Source: Fimbriimonadales bacterium
Lineage (GTDB): Bacteria; Armatimonadota; Fimbriimonadia; Fimbriimonadales; ATM1
Length of the DNA stretch: 64,000 bases
Reading direction: 5' to 3'
NCBI GenBank assembly: GCA_041744215.1
Contig: JBGTLG010000039.1
Location: forward strand, 64,001 to 128,000
The notes beneath the pieces are model-generated. The model ran no database searches. It worked only from the letters and a program-made list of their open reading frames with translations, and was not told where the DNA came from. Position numbers and translations under genes: made by a program. How positions within the stretch are numbered: the first letter of the stretch is position 1; each line of letters opens with the position of its first letter. Below are positions 9,524 through 19,192 of this stretch, in pieces.

Positions 9524-11290
9524 CTACTTTGGGAATCCCGCCATCGCTTCGGTGTGAGCCGCCTCTCCTGCTACCCAATCGGGAGTACCGGGGGTGCACT
9601 CGCTAGGGTCAGTCATCTCAGAAGACACTTTCGCGTTCTTCATCGAGTTTGGATCCGCAGGATCGTCACCTGCTCCAAACACCCATTTTAGCCGCATCTT
9701 CCACCTAAACATCTTGCAAATCTTGCCATCCTTTATGAAGTATGTGTAGAACTCAACTTCCTCTACGATGACCTTCGCTCGTGTCCGTGGTGGCGTGTTA
9801 TTCGTGTAGTGCGCAAATGCTTGCTTGGCCCGCTGTGGACGGTCAATCATCTCTCCTTTGTCTTGATGAGGATAGTCAGGGTTCTTTGCAGCGCGACCTG
9901 CATCGTTTGTGTCGATTTGCCACTGTGGAGGTGTGGCACCATCCGGCTCGGGAACGTATCGCCCATCGACTAGCGCCGCGCGCTTCAGATTGTTCTCAGC
10001 GTCTCCGACGTAGGTGGTCGAACGAACGACTTGCCTCCATTTGCCACCGGCGCAGTCGGAGCCCTTGTACTTAAAGTGCACTCGATACTGCCCTCCCCTA
10101 AACAACTTTCCGTCCTTGTCAAAGCTGATCACATAGAGCTTCTGCAGCCAAATGATGACGTCATCAAAAGTCTTCTTCTCGGGTTTTTCCCAATGCTGCC
10201 ATTTGGAATCGTCATTCGGATCGCCTTTGTTTTGTTTATCAGTCTTGGCGTCCGGCTTGAAGCCCTGCGGGCCGACCTTGGTCGCTCCACCTAACTCGGT
10301 CTCGTCACCTTGAACTCCGTCAGGATGCTTTTCGTGAGGCTTGAATCCTGGGGGGCACTTCTTTTCGTCTACTGCCTGAGGTGCGTTGGGCTGTTCGGGT
10401 GGCTTTGCTTGAAGCAGGAACGATCCGGCCCGCTTGCTCATCAGCAGCAATTGGTAACCGCATATCCCAGTCGCACGAACCATCTCTTCCGTTACTTCGA
10501 ATTCGCGGTCGTTGCCACCTTGCATATCTACAACATCAGGCGACAGGTTGATAACTCGAACCTTTAATGGCTCTTCCAAGTCTTGGCAACCCGAAACGGT
10601 CAACTGAACGTTTACGTTCTCACCGGCTAACACTGTGTTCTTGTCAGCCTCGAGCGAAAGGCCGATGACACGAATCCTGTCGCCACCCGAGTTTTCTCCC
10701 TCAGTGCAACTGATTGTCGTGGGCCCCAGTTCATCGGGCGGGCAAACGACGATGGCTTTGCGTGGCGACTCTGCGATGATGGGTACTGGCGACGATCCCA
10801 AGTAAGCTTGCGTGTTTTTCAGTTGCCCATCGAAGGGACCAAAAACTTGCACTGGACTGCCCGGGGTCGTAAACTGGGGGAAGTGGAAATCTCCTGCCGC
10901 AATGCCCGGTGGTGCATAAGGAACAGTCAGAGTGCCGCGCGTACGTCCCGAAGGCTCCGCTAGTTTAAGTTCGAACGCGCCCTCCGCCACCCCTGATGGG
11001 AATTGCCACTCAAACTGCGGTCCGTTAGGCGATGCGTCGCCGCCAGGGCTCGTGACGACTAAGCCCTGAAGGGTCGATGCATTGGCCTCCCTCTCTCCCG
11101 GACTCGCCCCTGCAGGTATAGCAACAACAGTCCCCGATATTCGATCACCAGCCTGCAGGTCATCCGGGAGGTAGATCCTCACGGCACCCTGCGGTGTGTT
11201 GAAGGTTGCGGTAGTTAGTCCGCCTGACGAACCGAGCTGCGTCTGAGCGGGAAAGGCAAGAGCAATACTAAGGGCAATCATTGAGACCAT
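9524..11290 (-). CDS. Secreted hypothetical protein, beta-rich N-terminal half and distinct Lys/Asp-rich C-terminal half
   Basis: 588-aa ORF, AAGGAGG RBS, signal peptide MVSMIALSIALAFPAQ. Confidence 0.75.
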   Translation of the reverse strand: MVSMIALSIALAFPAQTQLGSSGGLTTATFNTPQGAVRIYLPDDLQAGDRISGTVVAIPAGASPGEREANASTLQGLVVTSPGGDASPNGPQFEWQFPSGVAEGAFELKLAEPSGRTRGTLTVPYAPPGIAAGDFHFPQFTTPGSPVQVFGPFDGQLKNTQAYLGSSPVPIIAESPRKAIVVCPPDELGPTTISCTEGENSGGDRIRVIGLSLEADKNTVLAGENVNVQLTVSGCQDLEEPLKVRVINLSPDVVDMQGGNDREFEVTEEMVRATGICGYQLLLMSKRAGSFLLQAKPPEQPNAPQAVDEKKCPPGFKPHEKHPDGVQGDETELGGATKVGPQGFKPDAKTDKQNKGDPNDDSKWQHWEKPEKKTFDDVIIWLQKLYVISFDKDGKLFRGGQYRVHFKYKGSDCAGGKWRQVVRSTTYVGDAENNLKRAALVDGRYVPEPDGATPPQWQIDTNDAGRAAKNPDYPHQDKGEMIDRPQRAKQAFAHYTNNTPPRTRAKVIVEEVEFYTYFIKDGKICKMFRWKMRLKWVFGAGDDPADPNSMKNAKVSSEMTDPSECTPGTPDWVAGEAAHTEAMAGFPK

Positions 11291-11379
11291 CTAGAGTCCC
11301 TCCTTGGGAGCATTATCCCCAATTTCACTTCGACCCCTCGGTTGCGGTAATGTTCCGCCGAACAAGGAGGAACCTACAC

Positions 11380-12774
11380 ATGAAAACACTCACAGCGATT
11401 CTCTGCCTACTCCTGCCTGCTGTGACGTTCGGTCAGGGCAACACTGACACCCTGAGCAAGATAATCGAAGAAGGAAAGAGCAGGAATCGAACGCTCCGGA
11501 CTCTTGAACACATTTGCTACCAATTTGGGCCGCGGTTGACCGGCTCGTCCAGCCTCACCCGGGCCTGCAACTGGGCGGTAGACCACTTTAAGGAGTTGGG
11601 GCTACAGAACGTCCACCTTCAACAGTGGGGGGAAATCCCTGTGGGATTCCAGCGCGGCGAAAGACAGGTTGGCAGGATGGTTGAGCCAACTTTTAGAAGA
11701 TTCCAGTTCACAACTCGCTCATGGACCGCTGGGACAGACGGATTGGTGCGAGCGGGCGCAGTGATGATGCCAAGTGACGTCGCTTCGGTCACATCGAGCC
11801 CTAACCAGTATCGTGGCAAATGGGTTGTAGATCTGAGGAGAGCCAGCAATCAGCAGCCGAATCAGCAAGCGCGAAATGCAATGACCGCAGCACTTCGCGA
11901 TGCTGGGGCGGTTGGTCAAGTTTGGGGTTCCCAGGATGAACTCGTCCGAACTTCCGGCTCTTGGGCGGGACTGTCCTGGGACAATCTTCCGAAGGACGTG
12001 ATCGTGACGGTGCGCCGAAGTGACCACGACGCGATCCTTGAAAATCTAAGCGCGAACAAGGAGGTCGTTCTCGAATTCGAGCTTGAGAACATTTGGGAGC
12101 AGGGCCCTGTACCCGTATACAATGTCATTGCTGATCTGGTCGGCACGGAAAAACCGGACGAGATCGTGATCGTTAGCGGCCATCTCGACAGCTGGGACGG
12201 TCCTGGGACGCTTGGCGTATCGGACAACGGCACGGGCTCCGCAGTTACGATCGAGGCCGCGAGAATCCTGATTGCCGCGGGCGCAAAACCCAAGCGCACA
12301 ATTCGATTCATCCTTTGGACGGGCGAAGAACAGGGACTCCATGGTTCGAGGTGGTACGTACAGAACCGGCCCGAAGAACTTCCCAAGATTCAAGCGATCC
12401 TAGTGGATGACAGCGGAACGAACTACAACTCAGTCTTGAGCGGACTGGAATCAATGCGGCCTATGCTCGAACAATCGATCGCCGGGCTTAACGAAGCTTT
12501 TCCTGATATGCCAACGAGCGTGCGCGTTGTCCAGTCAATGCGCGGCGGGGGGGGGAGCGACCACGCTCCGTTTGTTCAAAACGGGGTGCCGGGCTTCTTT
12601 TGGGGCAAACAAGGCGTCGCTTCATACCAATACATTTGGCATACGCAAAATGACACGCTTGCAGGAGCCATCCACAGCTACCTGGTGAAGAGCTCAACCG
12701 CAATGGCGGTGGTCGCGTACAACCTCGCGTCCGCACCAGAACTGTTGCCTCGTGTTCCGACTGGCGGACAGTAA
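11380..12774 (+). CDS. Secreted M28-family metallopeptidase
   Basis: AAGGAGG RBS, signal peptide; GHLDSWD, DNGTG, GEEQG, SDH, WHTQND motifs. Confidence 0.9.
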   Translation: MKTLTAILCLLLPAVTFGQGNTDTLSKIIEEGKSRNRTLRTLEHICYQFGPRLTGSSSLTRACNWAVDHFKELGLQNVHLQQWGEIPVGFQRGERQVGRMVEPTFRRFQFTTRSWTAGTDGLVRAGAVMMPSDVASVTSSPNQYRGKWVVDLRRASNQQPNQQARNAMTAALRDAGAVGQVWGSQDELVRTSGSWAGLSWDNLPKDVIVTVRRSDHDAILENLSANKEVVLEFELENIWEQGPVPVYNVIADLVGTEKPDEIVIVSGHLDSWDGPGTLGVSDNGTGSAVTIEAARILIAAGAKPKRTIRFILWTGEEQGLHGSRWYVQNRPEELPKIQAILVDDSGTNYNSVLSGLESMRPMLEQSIAGLNEAFPDMPTSVRVVQSMRGGGGSDHAPFVQNGVPGFFWGKQGVASYQYIWHTQNDTLAGAIHSYLVKSSTAMAVVAYNLASAPELLPRVPTGGQ

Positions 12775-12787
12775 CCCAACAAGCAAT

Positions 12788-12822
12788 CAGCGCCCACGAT
12801 TGCTTTCCGTGGGCGCTGCTTT
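12788..12822. terminator. Hairpin between convergent genes, likely terminator
   Basis: CAGCGCCCACG / CGTGGGCGCTG 11-bp inverted repeat followed by CTTT. Confidence 0.65.
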
Positions 12823-12827
12823 GTCAG

Positions 12828-14303
12828 TTAATAGCCCCGAGTACTTCCGACGAGTCGCTGACCTCCGCTTACACCTGGCACCGCAACGCGATCGCCAGGA
12901 TTTACGTCGCGACCATCAGGCAACGAATCGATCAGGTTGGTCGCGTGGACGACCGCTTCGGCTCCCCGCGTGTGCGTTTCACCAATCCACCTGGCCCTAT
13001 CCCCTGTCGATCCGCTAGTCGCAGTCTCGATGCCGTCGCGATAATGACCGATGTCCAGAAAGTCGTCGGTCGTGTATTCGCCTCGCCGCCATCTGTCTGC
13101 TCGCTCAGCTTGCCGCTGGTACTCCTCGATTCGTGCGCGGTTTTCTTGCCATCGATCGAAGCGGTCCATCCATCGCTCAAAGAACCCAGGGTCTTGCGGA
13201 ACTGCGTACGACGGGTACACAGCGCGAATCCAAAGGGCGTTGGGTAGTCCTCGGTTCTTGACAAACGTCCAGCCTACGGAATCGAAGGTCGCCTCACGGA
13301 TACCGCCACCGTCCGCGCCCGGCGCAAAAATCTTGATCCTCTTGAACCTGTATGCGAGAAGCGATGGATCGCGCGGGCATGCCCATCCTGCTACCGAGTC
13401 GTCATACTCTACTTCGCTACCGTAGCCCGGTGGGCACTCAAGCCGCACGATTCTGCCCTTTTCGTCTCGCTTGATTTCTGGCTTATGAGGGACCACCACT
13501 TCTGCGGTCATTCGGCTGTACCCCGACGAACTGTAGCGAATAATGTATCCGTTGGGATGCCAGGACCACCTCCCTGCATCGATGATCACCTTTTCGGCGG
13601 TGTCGCGAGGCAAGACGGCCATACGCTCAATCTCTGCAAACGGGCGGTTTGCGTCGTACACCATCCTTCTCATGCGATTGTCGAACTCGAAGAGTGGTCG
13701 CAACGCAGCATTGAACTTCGGCATCAGTTGGCGCATGGCAGCATCGTTGAGGACATCGATCCCGTATCCATTGAGCTGGTTGACCTCGTCTCTAGTCAGC
13801 AACGCAGTGGCAGCCCTTTGCGCGCCTCCCCGCATATCCTTGGGCTTTGCACGGGATAGCAATCCCCAGATCAAGAGTTGCATCTCTTGTTGCGATACTT
13901 GAGGCTTCAAGTTGTATCTCTCCAACAACTTTGGAAAGAGGTCTGCCTTCCCGCCGAGATAAGGACCGCTCACGAAACCTAATCCACCCCAGGGTCCGGA
14001 CGCATAGCCTTTTGCACAAAACGACTGCACTCGAAGTTGGTAGTAGCCAGGTCTCAAGGTAAAGGTTCCGTGCTCATTCCTATCGACCTCTTTGAGTTCG
14101 ACGAAGGCCTGGGGAGCATAGCCGTCCAGGAACTCCAAGCCAACTCCCGAATCGTCAAGACCGGTCGTCAGCGGGGGATCCTGTTGGAAGAGCTTCTCCA
14201 AGCCGAGCAAATCGAGACCTGGGAGTTGGCCCCCGCCAATCGGCGGAAACTGCGGAGCACCAAGCCCAACCGCAAGAATTGTCGAGAGAATGGGCGTCAT
14301 CAT
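12828..14303 (-). CDS. Secreted hypothetical protein
   Basis: ~490-aa ORF with signal peptide MMTPILSTILAVGLGAPQ; SFC...QLLIW motif. Confidence 0.75.
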   Translation of the reverse strand: MMTPILSTILAVGLGAPQFPPIGGGQLPGLDLLGLEKLFQQDPPLTTGLDDSGVGLEFLDGYAPQAFVELKEVDRNEHGTFTLRPGYYQLRVQSFCAKGYASGPWGGLGFVSGPYLGGKADLFPKLLERYNLKPQVSQQEMQLLIWGLLSRAKPKDMRGGAQRAATALLTRDEVNQLNGYGIDVLNDAAMRQLMPKFNAALRPLFEFDNRMRRMVYDANRPFAEIERMAVLPRDTAEKVIIDAGRWSWHPNGYIIRYSSSGYSRMTAEVVVPHKPEIKRDEKGRIVRLECPPGYGSEVEYDDSVAGWACPRDPSLLAYRFKRIKIFAPGADGGGIREATFDSVGWTFVKNRGLPNALWIRAVYPSYAVPQDPGFFERWMDRFDRWQENRARIEEYQRQAERADRWRRGEYTTDDFLDIGHYRDGIETATSGSTGDRARWIGETHTRGAEAVVHATNLIDSLPDGRDVNPGDRVAVPGVSGGQRLVGSTRGY

Positions 14304-14404
14304 CACCCCATTTTGACCCAACTGCTTGTCAAACCTGAGCAGAGTATCAGCAAATTGCGGTTAACTCTGCATTGACCTTGACAATGCAACATCCAGGAGC
14401 CCCA

Positions 14405-15313
14405 ATGGCTAACACAATCTCACGTCGGAATCTAATCGGGTATGGAGCAACGACCGCCGGGTATCTCGCACTAGATCGTTTAACCGCGACCGAACCGCAC
14501 GCACATAAAGTCGCAACATTCGCATTCCTGACTGACTGCCATCTGCCAGCAGCTGGAGAGAACGAACGCTTCATCAAGGCGATTGAGCGTGTGCAGGCCG
14601 ACCCACGCAAGCCGGAATTCATCGTCTTTGGTGGAGACAATGTGTTCGCGGTTGATGGGAGGTCTTCTAAGGATGCCACGGCTCAGTTTTCAAATTGGCA
14701 AGATGTCCTGAAGAAAAAGCTGACGCTGCCGTGCTTTCATGTAATCGGCAACCACGACATCTGTGACGAAGCACCGGAAGGCGAAACAGATCACCGTGCT
14801 GGCAAAGGATACGCCCTAGAAGCTTTCAATATCCCACACCGATTCTATTCCTTCGACAAAGCAAACTGGAGGATCATCGTGCTTGACACGTTTCATCGCG
14901 ATGGTTGCCACGTCGACGATGAGCAACTCGCCTGGGTGAAAGGTGAAATGGGAGATGTTCGTAAGAACATACTTTTTGTCTCCCACGCGCCAATCTTGAC
15001 CGTAACATCGTTCATGGAAACGAGTACGCACAAAAATGGCGCTTTTCATGTGCCGGCAGGATGGATGATCGCGAACGCGGCAAAGCTGCGCGACGAATTT
15101 CGCAACTTTCCAAACGTCCGGCTCGCGATCAGCGGGCATATGCACCAGATTGATCGCGTCGAATTCGATCACGTCACCTACGTTTGTGGCGGCGCAGTGA
15201 GTGGAGCTTGGTGGAAAGGCGACTACTACCACTTCGGACCCGCATACATCATTGTCGAACTGTACGATGACGGTTCCTTCGCACACAAGACTGTGTACTG
15301 GGAGCGGCCGTGA
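14405..15313 (+). CDS. Tat-exported calcineurin-like metallophosphoesterase
   Basis: SRRNLIG twin-arginine signal; TDCH, GGDN, GNHD, SHAP, GHMH motifs. Confidence 0.88.
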   Translation: MANTISRRNLIGYGATTAGYLALDRLTATEPHAHKVATFAFLTDCHLPAAGENERFIKAIERVQADPRKPEFIVFGGDNVFAVDGRSSKDATAQFSNWQDVLKKKLTLPCFHVIGNHDICDEAPEGETDHRAGKGYALEAFNIPHRFYSFDKANWRIIVLDTFHRDGCHVDDEQLAWVKGEMGDVRKNILFVSHAPILTVTSFMETSTHKNGAFHVPAGWMIANAAKLRDEFRNFPNVRLAISGHMHQIDRVEFDHVTYVCGGAVSGAWWKGDYYHFGPAYIIVELYDDGSFAHKTVYWERP

Positions 15314-16746
15314 TCGATAGTGACAATGGGCTCGCCCATGGCTTAGCCTCCGTTCTGTCCGGTGATCAAGTTATGCACGGCGATGCGGCTCGGCGCGCCT
15401 ATGACTGCGATGCCTACACTGTCCACCGCAAGCACCCTGATGCGATCGTGTTCCCCATTAACACCGACGAAGTCTCAAGAGTCGTAAAGTGGTGCGTCGA
15501 GCACGAGGTTCCGTATACGCCGAGAGGAGCGGGCACGGGCCTGAGTGGGGGCGCGCTCCCGGCATTCGGCGGGGTCGTTGTCGCGCTGACCCGTATGCGC
15601 CGCATCCTGGAAGTCGACGGCGAGAACCGCACGCTGTTGGCCGAAGCTGGGTGCCCTAACCTTGCCTTGACAAGGGCAGCAACGCCACTCGGGCTGCACT
15701 TCGCTCCTGACCCAAGCAGCCAAACAGTTTGTACGCTTGGCGGCAACGTGAATGAGAACAGCGGCGGTCCACACACGCTTAAGTACGGAGTAGCAGCGGA
15801 TCATATTCTGGGCTTGACGGTCGTCGATTCTCAAGGCGAGGTGCGGTGCGTCGGGGGAATCGTCTCGGGCTTCCCAGGATACGACCTGCTGGGACTCATT
15901 GTGGGCAGCGAAGGAACTCTAGGCATAGTTACTGAGGCGTGGGTGCGGCTCACGCCTAACCCTCTCGCGATCAGAACCGTACTCGCTGCCTTCCCTTCGC
16001 CAAGGCACGCTACTGAAACCGTATCACAAATCATTGCATCCGGAATCGTCCCGGCAGCCATGGAGTTTATGGACGGGACGATCTTAGAAGCGGTGGAAGC
16101 AGCGTTTCACGTCGGTCTGCCAACTGACGCGGGTGCGCTGCTCTTAGTCGAGTGCGACTCGCTCAATGATGCTGAACAAGCAGAACACGAGATGCGCATA
16201 GTGAACACAATTTGTGACTCAAACTCCGCGATCGAGGTCAGGGTCGCGAGAGATGAAGAAGAGCGGGCAAAACTTTGGCTTGCACGAAAGAAAGGAATTG
16301 GTGCGATTGGACGTTTGTCGCCAAGCATGGTCACTCACGACGGAGTGATTCCTCGCTCCAAACTTCCAGAAGTGCTCGACTTCGTCTACAGAGTTGTTTC
16401 AGAAGAAGGCTTGCGCGTTGCAAACATCTTTCATGCAGGCGACGGCAACTTGCACCCGATCATTCTGTTCGATGATCGCGATGCTGACCAAGTCGCGAAG
16501 GTTGTCGCCGTGGGCGAGAAAATCATGCGACTCTGCATCGAACTCGGCGGCAGCGTGACCGGCGAGCACGGGATTGGCGTCGAGAAGATCGATCTGCTTG
16601 GAGAAATGTTCTCCGAAATGGACCTCAAGTTGCAGGAGGACGTGAAGCGCGCGCTGAACCCGGGAGATTTGTGCAACCCTGGCAAGGTCCTGCCTTCACA
16701 AAAGTCTTGTGTTGAAGTCAAGCTCCGTCGCCGGGTCGCAACGTAG
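15310..16746 (+). CDS. glcD: Glycolate oxidase FAD subunit GlcD-like
   Basis: PRGAGTGLSGG, APDPSS, GGPHTLKYG, GSEGTLG, HAGDGNLHP, GEHGIG. Confidence 0.88.
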   Translation: MIDSDNGLAHGLASVLSGDQVMHGDAARRAYDCDAYTVHRKHPDAIVFPINTDEVSRVVKWCVEHEVPYTPRGAGTGLSGGALPAFGGVVVALTRMRRILEVDGENRTLLAEAGCPNLALTRAATPLGLHFAPDPSSQTVCTLGGNVNENSGGPHTLKYGVAADHILGLTVVDSQGEVRCVGGIVSGFPGYDLLGLIVGSEGTLGIVTEAWVRLTPNPLAIRTVLAAFPSPRHATETVSQIIASGIVPAAMEFMDGTILEAVEAAFHVGLPTDAGALLLVECDSLNDAEQAEHEMRIVNTICDSNSAIEVRVARDEEERAKLWLARKKGIGAIGRLSPSMVTHDGVIPRSKLPEVLDFVYRVVSEEGLRVANIFHAGDGNLHPIILFDDRDADQVAKVVAVGEKIMRLCIELGGSVTGEHGIGVEKIDLLGEMFSEMDLKLQEDVKRALNPGDLCNPGKVLPSQKSCVEVKLRRRVAT

Positions 16747-16771
16747 AGTCGGTGCGCCGTATACTCTCGAC

Positions 16772-19189
16772 ATGGTTGCCGCGCCTCTCGTGCTGTTTGC
16801 ACTCGCCCTAGATCTCACTCCGAGTCAGCTGCTGGTAGTTCCCCCTGTCGGCAGAGGCGGTCGGGTTCCGGTTCACACTGACGCAATTCAGTACGCTTTT
16901 GCAGTAGGAGAATGGAAGCCTCCAATCGCAGGTGACAAAATACGCTCCGCTGCGGGACAAGAGATTGAATGGCGAGCGATAGTCAAAGGAGATGACGGGT
17001 GGTTTAGAGATCGGGCATTGAATGGAGGATATGCGTTTTGGTCACTCGACCATTCGCGCGAAGAAGTGATGCTCCTCGAGGCGGCAGGACATTCGATGGT
17101 CTACGTAAATGGCGATCCTCGCGGGGGAGATGTCTACGGATTTGGCTACACGAAGCTTCCGATTAAGCTCAAACGTGGAAAAAATGAACTCTTGTTCAGT
17201 GTGGCTCGTGGGGGTATGAACGTCAAACTGACGCCGACTAAATCGTCGGCCTTTTTTAACACAGGAGACCTGACTCTTCCAGATGAGATCGAAGGCGAAG
17301 ACTCCTCACTCATCGGGGGAATCATCGTTATCAATGCTACGGAAACCTACCAGCGTGATCTCATTATCACAGATGAAAACAACACAATCACGCGACTGCC
17401 CACGATCCCGCCGCTTTCAGCCCGCAAGGTGCCGTTTCGCTTTGACAAGAGCGAATTGGTCGCAGGATCCGAGCGGGAAGTAAACGTAGTTCTCAGGGAC
17501 AACTCGCGAACACTTGATAAAGCAACCGTCAAAGTCAGGGTTCGCAAAAGGACCGAGTCCCATAAACGGACGTTCATCTCCAACATCGACGGGAGCGTGC
17601 AGTACTACGCCGTACGGCCCGCGATGCCGAGAGCCATCACCGCCGATCCCGGAATCGTCCTGACGGCCCACGGGGCAGGTGTTGAGGCCATAGGCCAGGT
17701 CGATGCCTACGCCTCGAAGTCCTGGGCCCACCTGGTTGCTCCGACGAACCGTCGACCCTACGGTTTCGATTGGGAGGACTGGGGTCGTCTTGACGCGCTT
17801 GAGGTTCTGGAAGAAGCAAAGCGTACGTTGACACACGATCCAGCTCGCATATACCTGACGGGTCACTCAATGGGCGGTCACGGAACATGGATCATCGGCG
17901 CGACCTATCCAGACAAGTTTGCAGCGATCGGTCCCAGCGCGGGATGGATCAGCTTCTTCACGTACGCCGGTGGGGCTGCATTGCAAGCAATAACTCCGAT
18001 TGAGAAGATTTTGCAGGGCGCGACACTACCAAGCGACACAGCTTCGCTCGTAAAAAATCTCGCTCCACTCGGTGTATACATCTTGCACGGGGGGGCTGAT
18101 GACAACGTTCCGGCTACACAGGCGCGACAAATGGTCGAGTACCTCAAGGAGTTTCACATGTCTTTTGAGTATCACGAGCGACCTGGAGCAGGACATTGGT
18201 GGGATACAAGCGAAGAACCTGGCGCAGCATGCGTCGATTGGCCGCCGATGTTCGATATGTTTTCGCGCCGACGCATCCCTGCCGTTACGGAGACCCGCCG
18301 CGTTCAGTTTGTAACAGCGAGCCCTGGCATATCCGCTAGGAATGGAGCGGTCGAAATCGTGAATCTGATCAGAGACGGCGAACTAGCAGAAATTGAGGCG
18401 GCATCGGAACCCCACACTGGAACGGTGACAATCAAGACCAAGAACGTGCGCGCTTTCTTCATCGACAGCAAGATGCGCTATGCGGCGGACGGCATATTCG
18501 TCATCGATGGCCAGAAGGTCGAGGCATTGCAGCGCTTAAGTGACCTCCGCTATCTGTTCGTCCGCAGGGGCGAGATATGGGAGTCCAGAGGCAAACGGAC
18601 AACGGGAGAGAAATCACCTACGGCGTACGGTCCGTTCAAAAACACCTTTGCGAACCGGTTTGTCTATATAGTGGGCACAAACGGAACTCCGGAAGAAAAT
18701 CATTGGATGTTCTCAAAGGCGAGATACGATTTGGAAACGTTTTGGTACCGTGGAAACGGCGCGTTTGATATCGTAACCGACGTCGAGTCAAGCTCGATGG
18801 ATCTTGCCAATCGGAACATCATTCTGGTGGGAAATGCGGATGTCAATTCCGCGTGGGAGCGATACATCACTTCGAGGGAGATCCTAGTTGGAAGTGGAAG
18901 GCTGACATTTGGTAGTTTCAGCTCGACGCGAACCGACCTGTCAATCCTCTTCGCGCGACCTCATCCGATGAATAGTGATCGACTCGTTGGCGTCATCGCA
19001 TTCACCGGTCTAGAGGGCGCAAGAACGATCGAGCGGTCACCCTATTTTGTGAGCGGCGCCTCGTACCCAGACTGGATGATCCTGTCATCGCGTTGCCTGC
19101 TCGATGGAAACTCAGAAATTGTGGGCGCGGGTTTCTTCGGGCCGGACTGGACGATCGACGGCGGTGATTTTGCGTGGGGTAAGCGTTAG
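16772..19189 (+). CDS. Secreted alpha/beta hydrolase (S9/esterase-like)
   Basis: GHSMGG nucleophile elbow, HGGADDNVP, GHWW; signal-like N-terminus. Confidence 0.8.
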   Translation: MVAAPLVLFALALDLTPSQLLVVPPVGRGGRVPVHTDAIQYAFAVGEWKPPIAGDKIRSAAGQEIEWRAIVKGDDGWFRDRALNGGYAFWSLDHSREEVMLLEAAGHSMVYVNGDPRGGDVYGFGYTKLPIKLKRGKNELLFSVARGGMNVKLTPTKSSAFFNTGDLTLPDEIEGEDSSLIGGIIVINATETYQRDLIITDENNTITRLPTIPPLSARKVPFRFDKSELVAGSEREVNVVLRDNSRTLDKATVKVRVRKRTESHKRTFISNIDGSVQYYAVRPAMPRAITADPGIVLTAHGAGVEAIGQVDAYASKSWAHLVAPTNRRPYGFDWEDWGRLDALEVLEEAKRTLTHDPARIYLTGHSMGGHGTWIIGATYPDKFAAIGPSAGWISFFTYAGGAALQAITPIEKILQGATLPSDTASLVKNLAPLGVYILHGGADDNVPATQARQMVEYLKEFHMSFEYHERPGAGHWWDTSEEPGAACVDWPPMFDMFSRRRIPAVTETRRVQFVTASPGISARNGAVEIVNLIRDGELAEIEAASEPHTGTVTIKTKNVRAFFIDSKMRYAADGIFVIDGQKVEALQRLSDLRYLFVRRGEIWESRGKRTTGEKSPTAYGPFKNTFANRFVYIVGTNGTPEENHWMFSKARYDLETFWYRGNGAFDIVTDVESSSMDLANRNIILVGNADVNSAWERYITSREILVGSGRLTFGSFSSTRTDLSILFARPHPMNSDRLVGVIAFTGLEGARTIERSPYFVSGASYPDWMILSSRCLLDGNSEIVGAGFFGPDWTIDGGDFAWGKR

Positions 19190-19192
19190 AAC

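Noticed and set aside
12547-12555. G9 run in the M28 gene (also C8 at 60101-60108) as phase-variation tracts
   Set aside because: Both frames are intact, the runs encode Gly/Pro and are short; no evidence of slippage.
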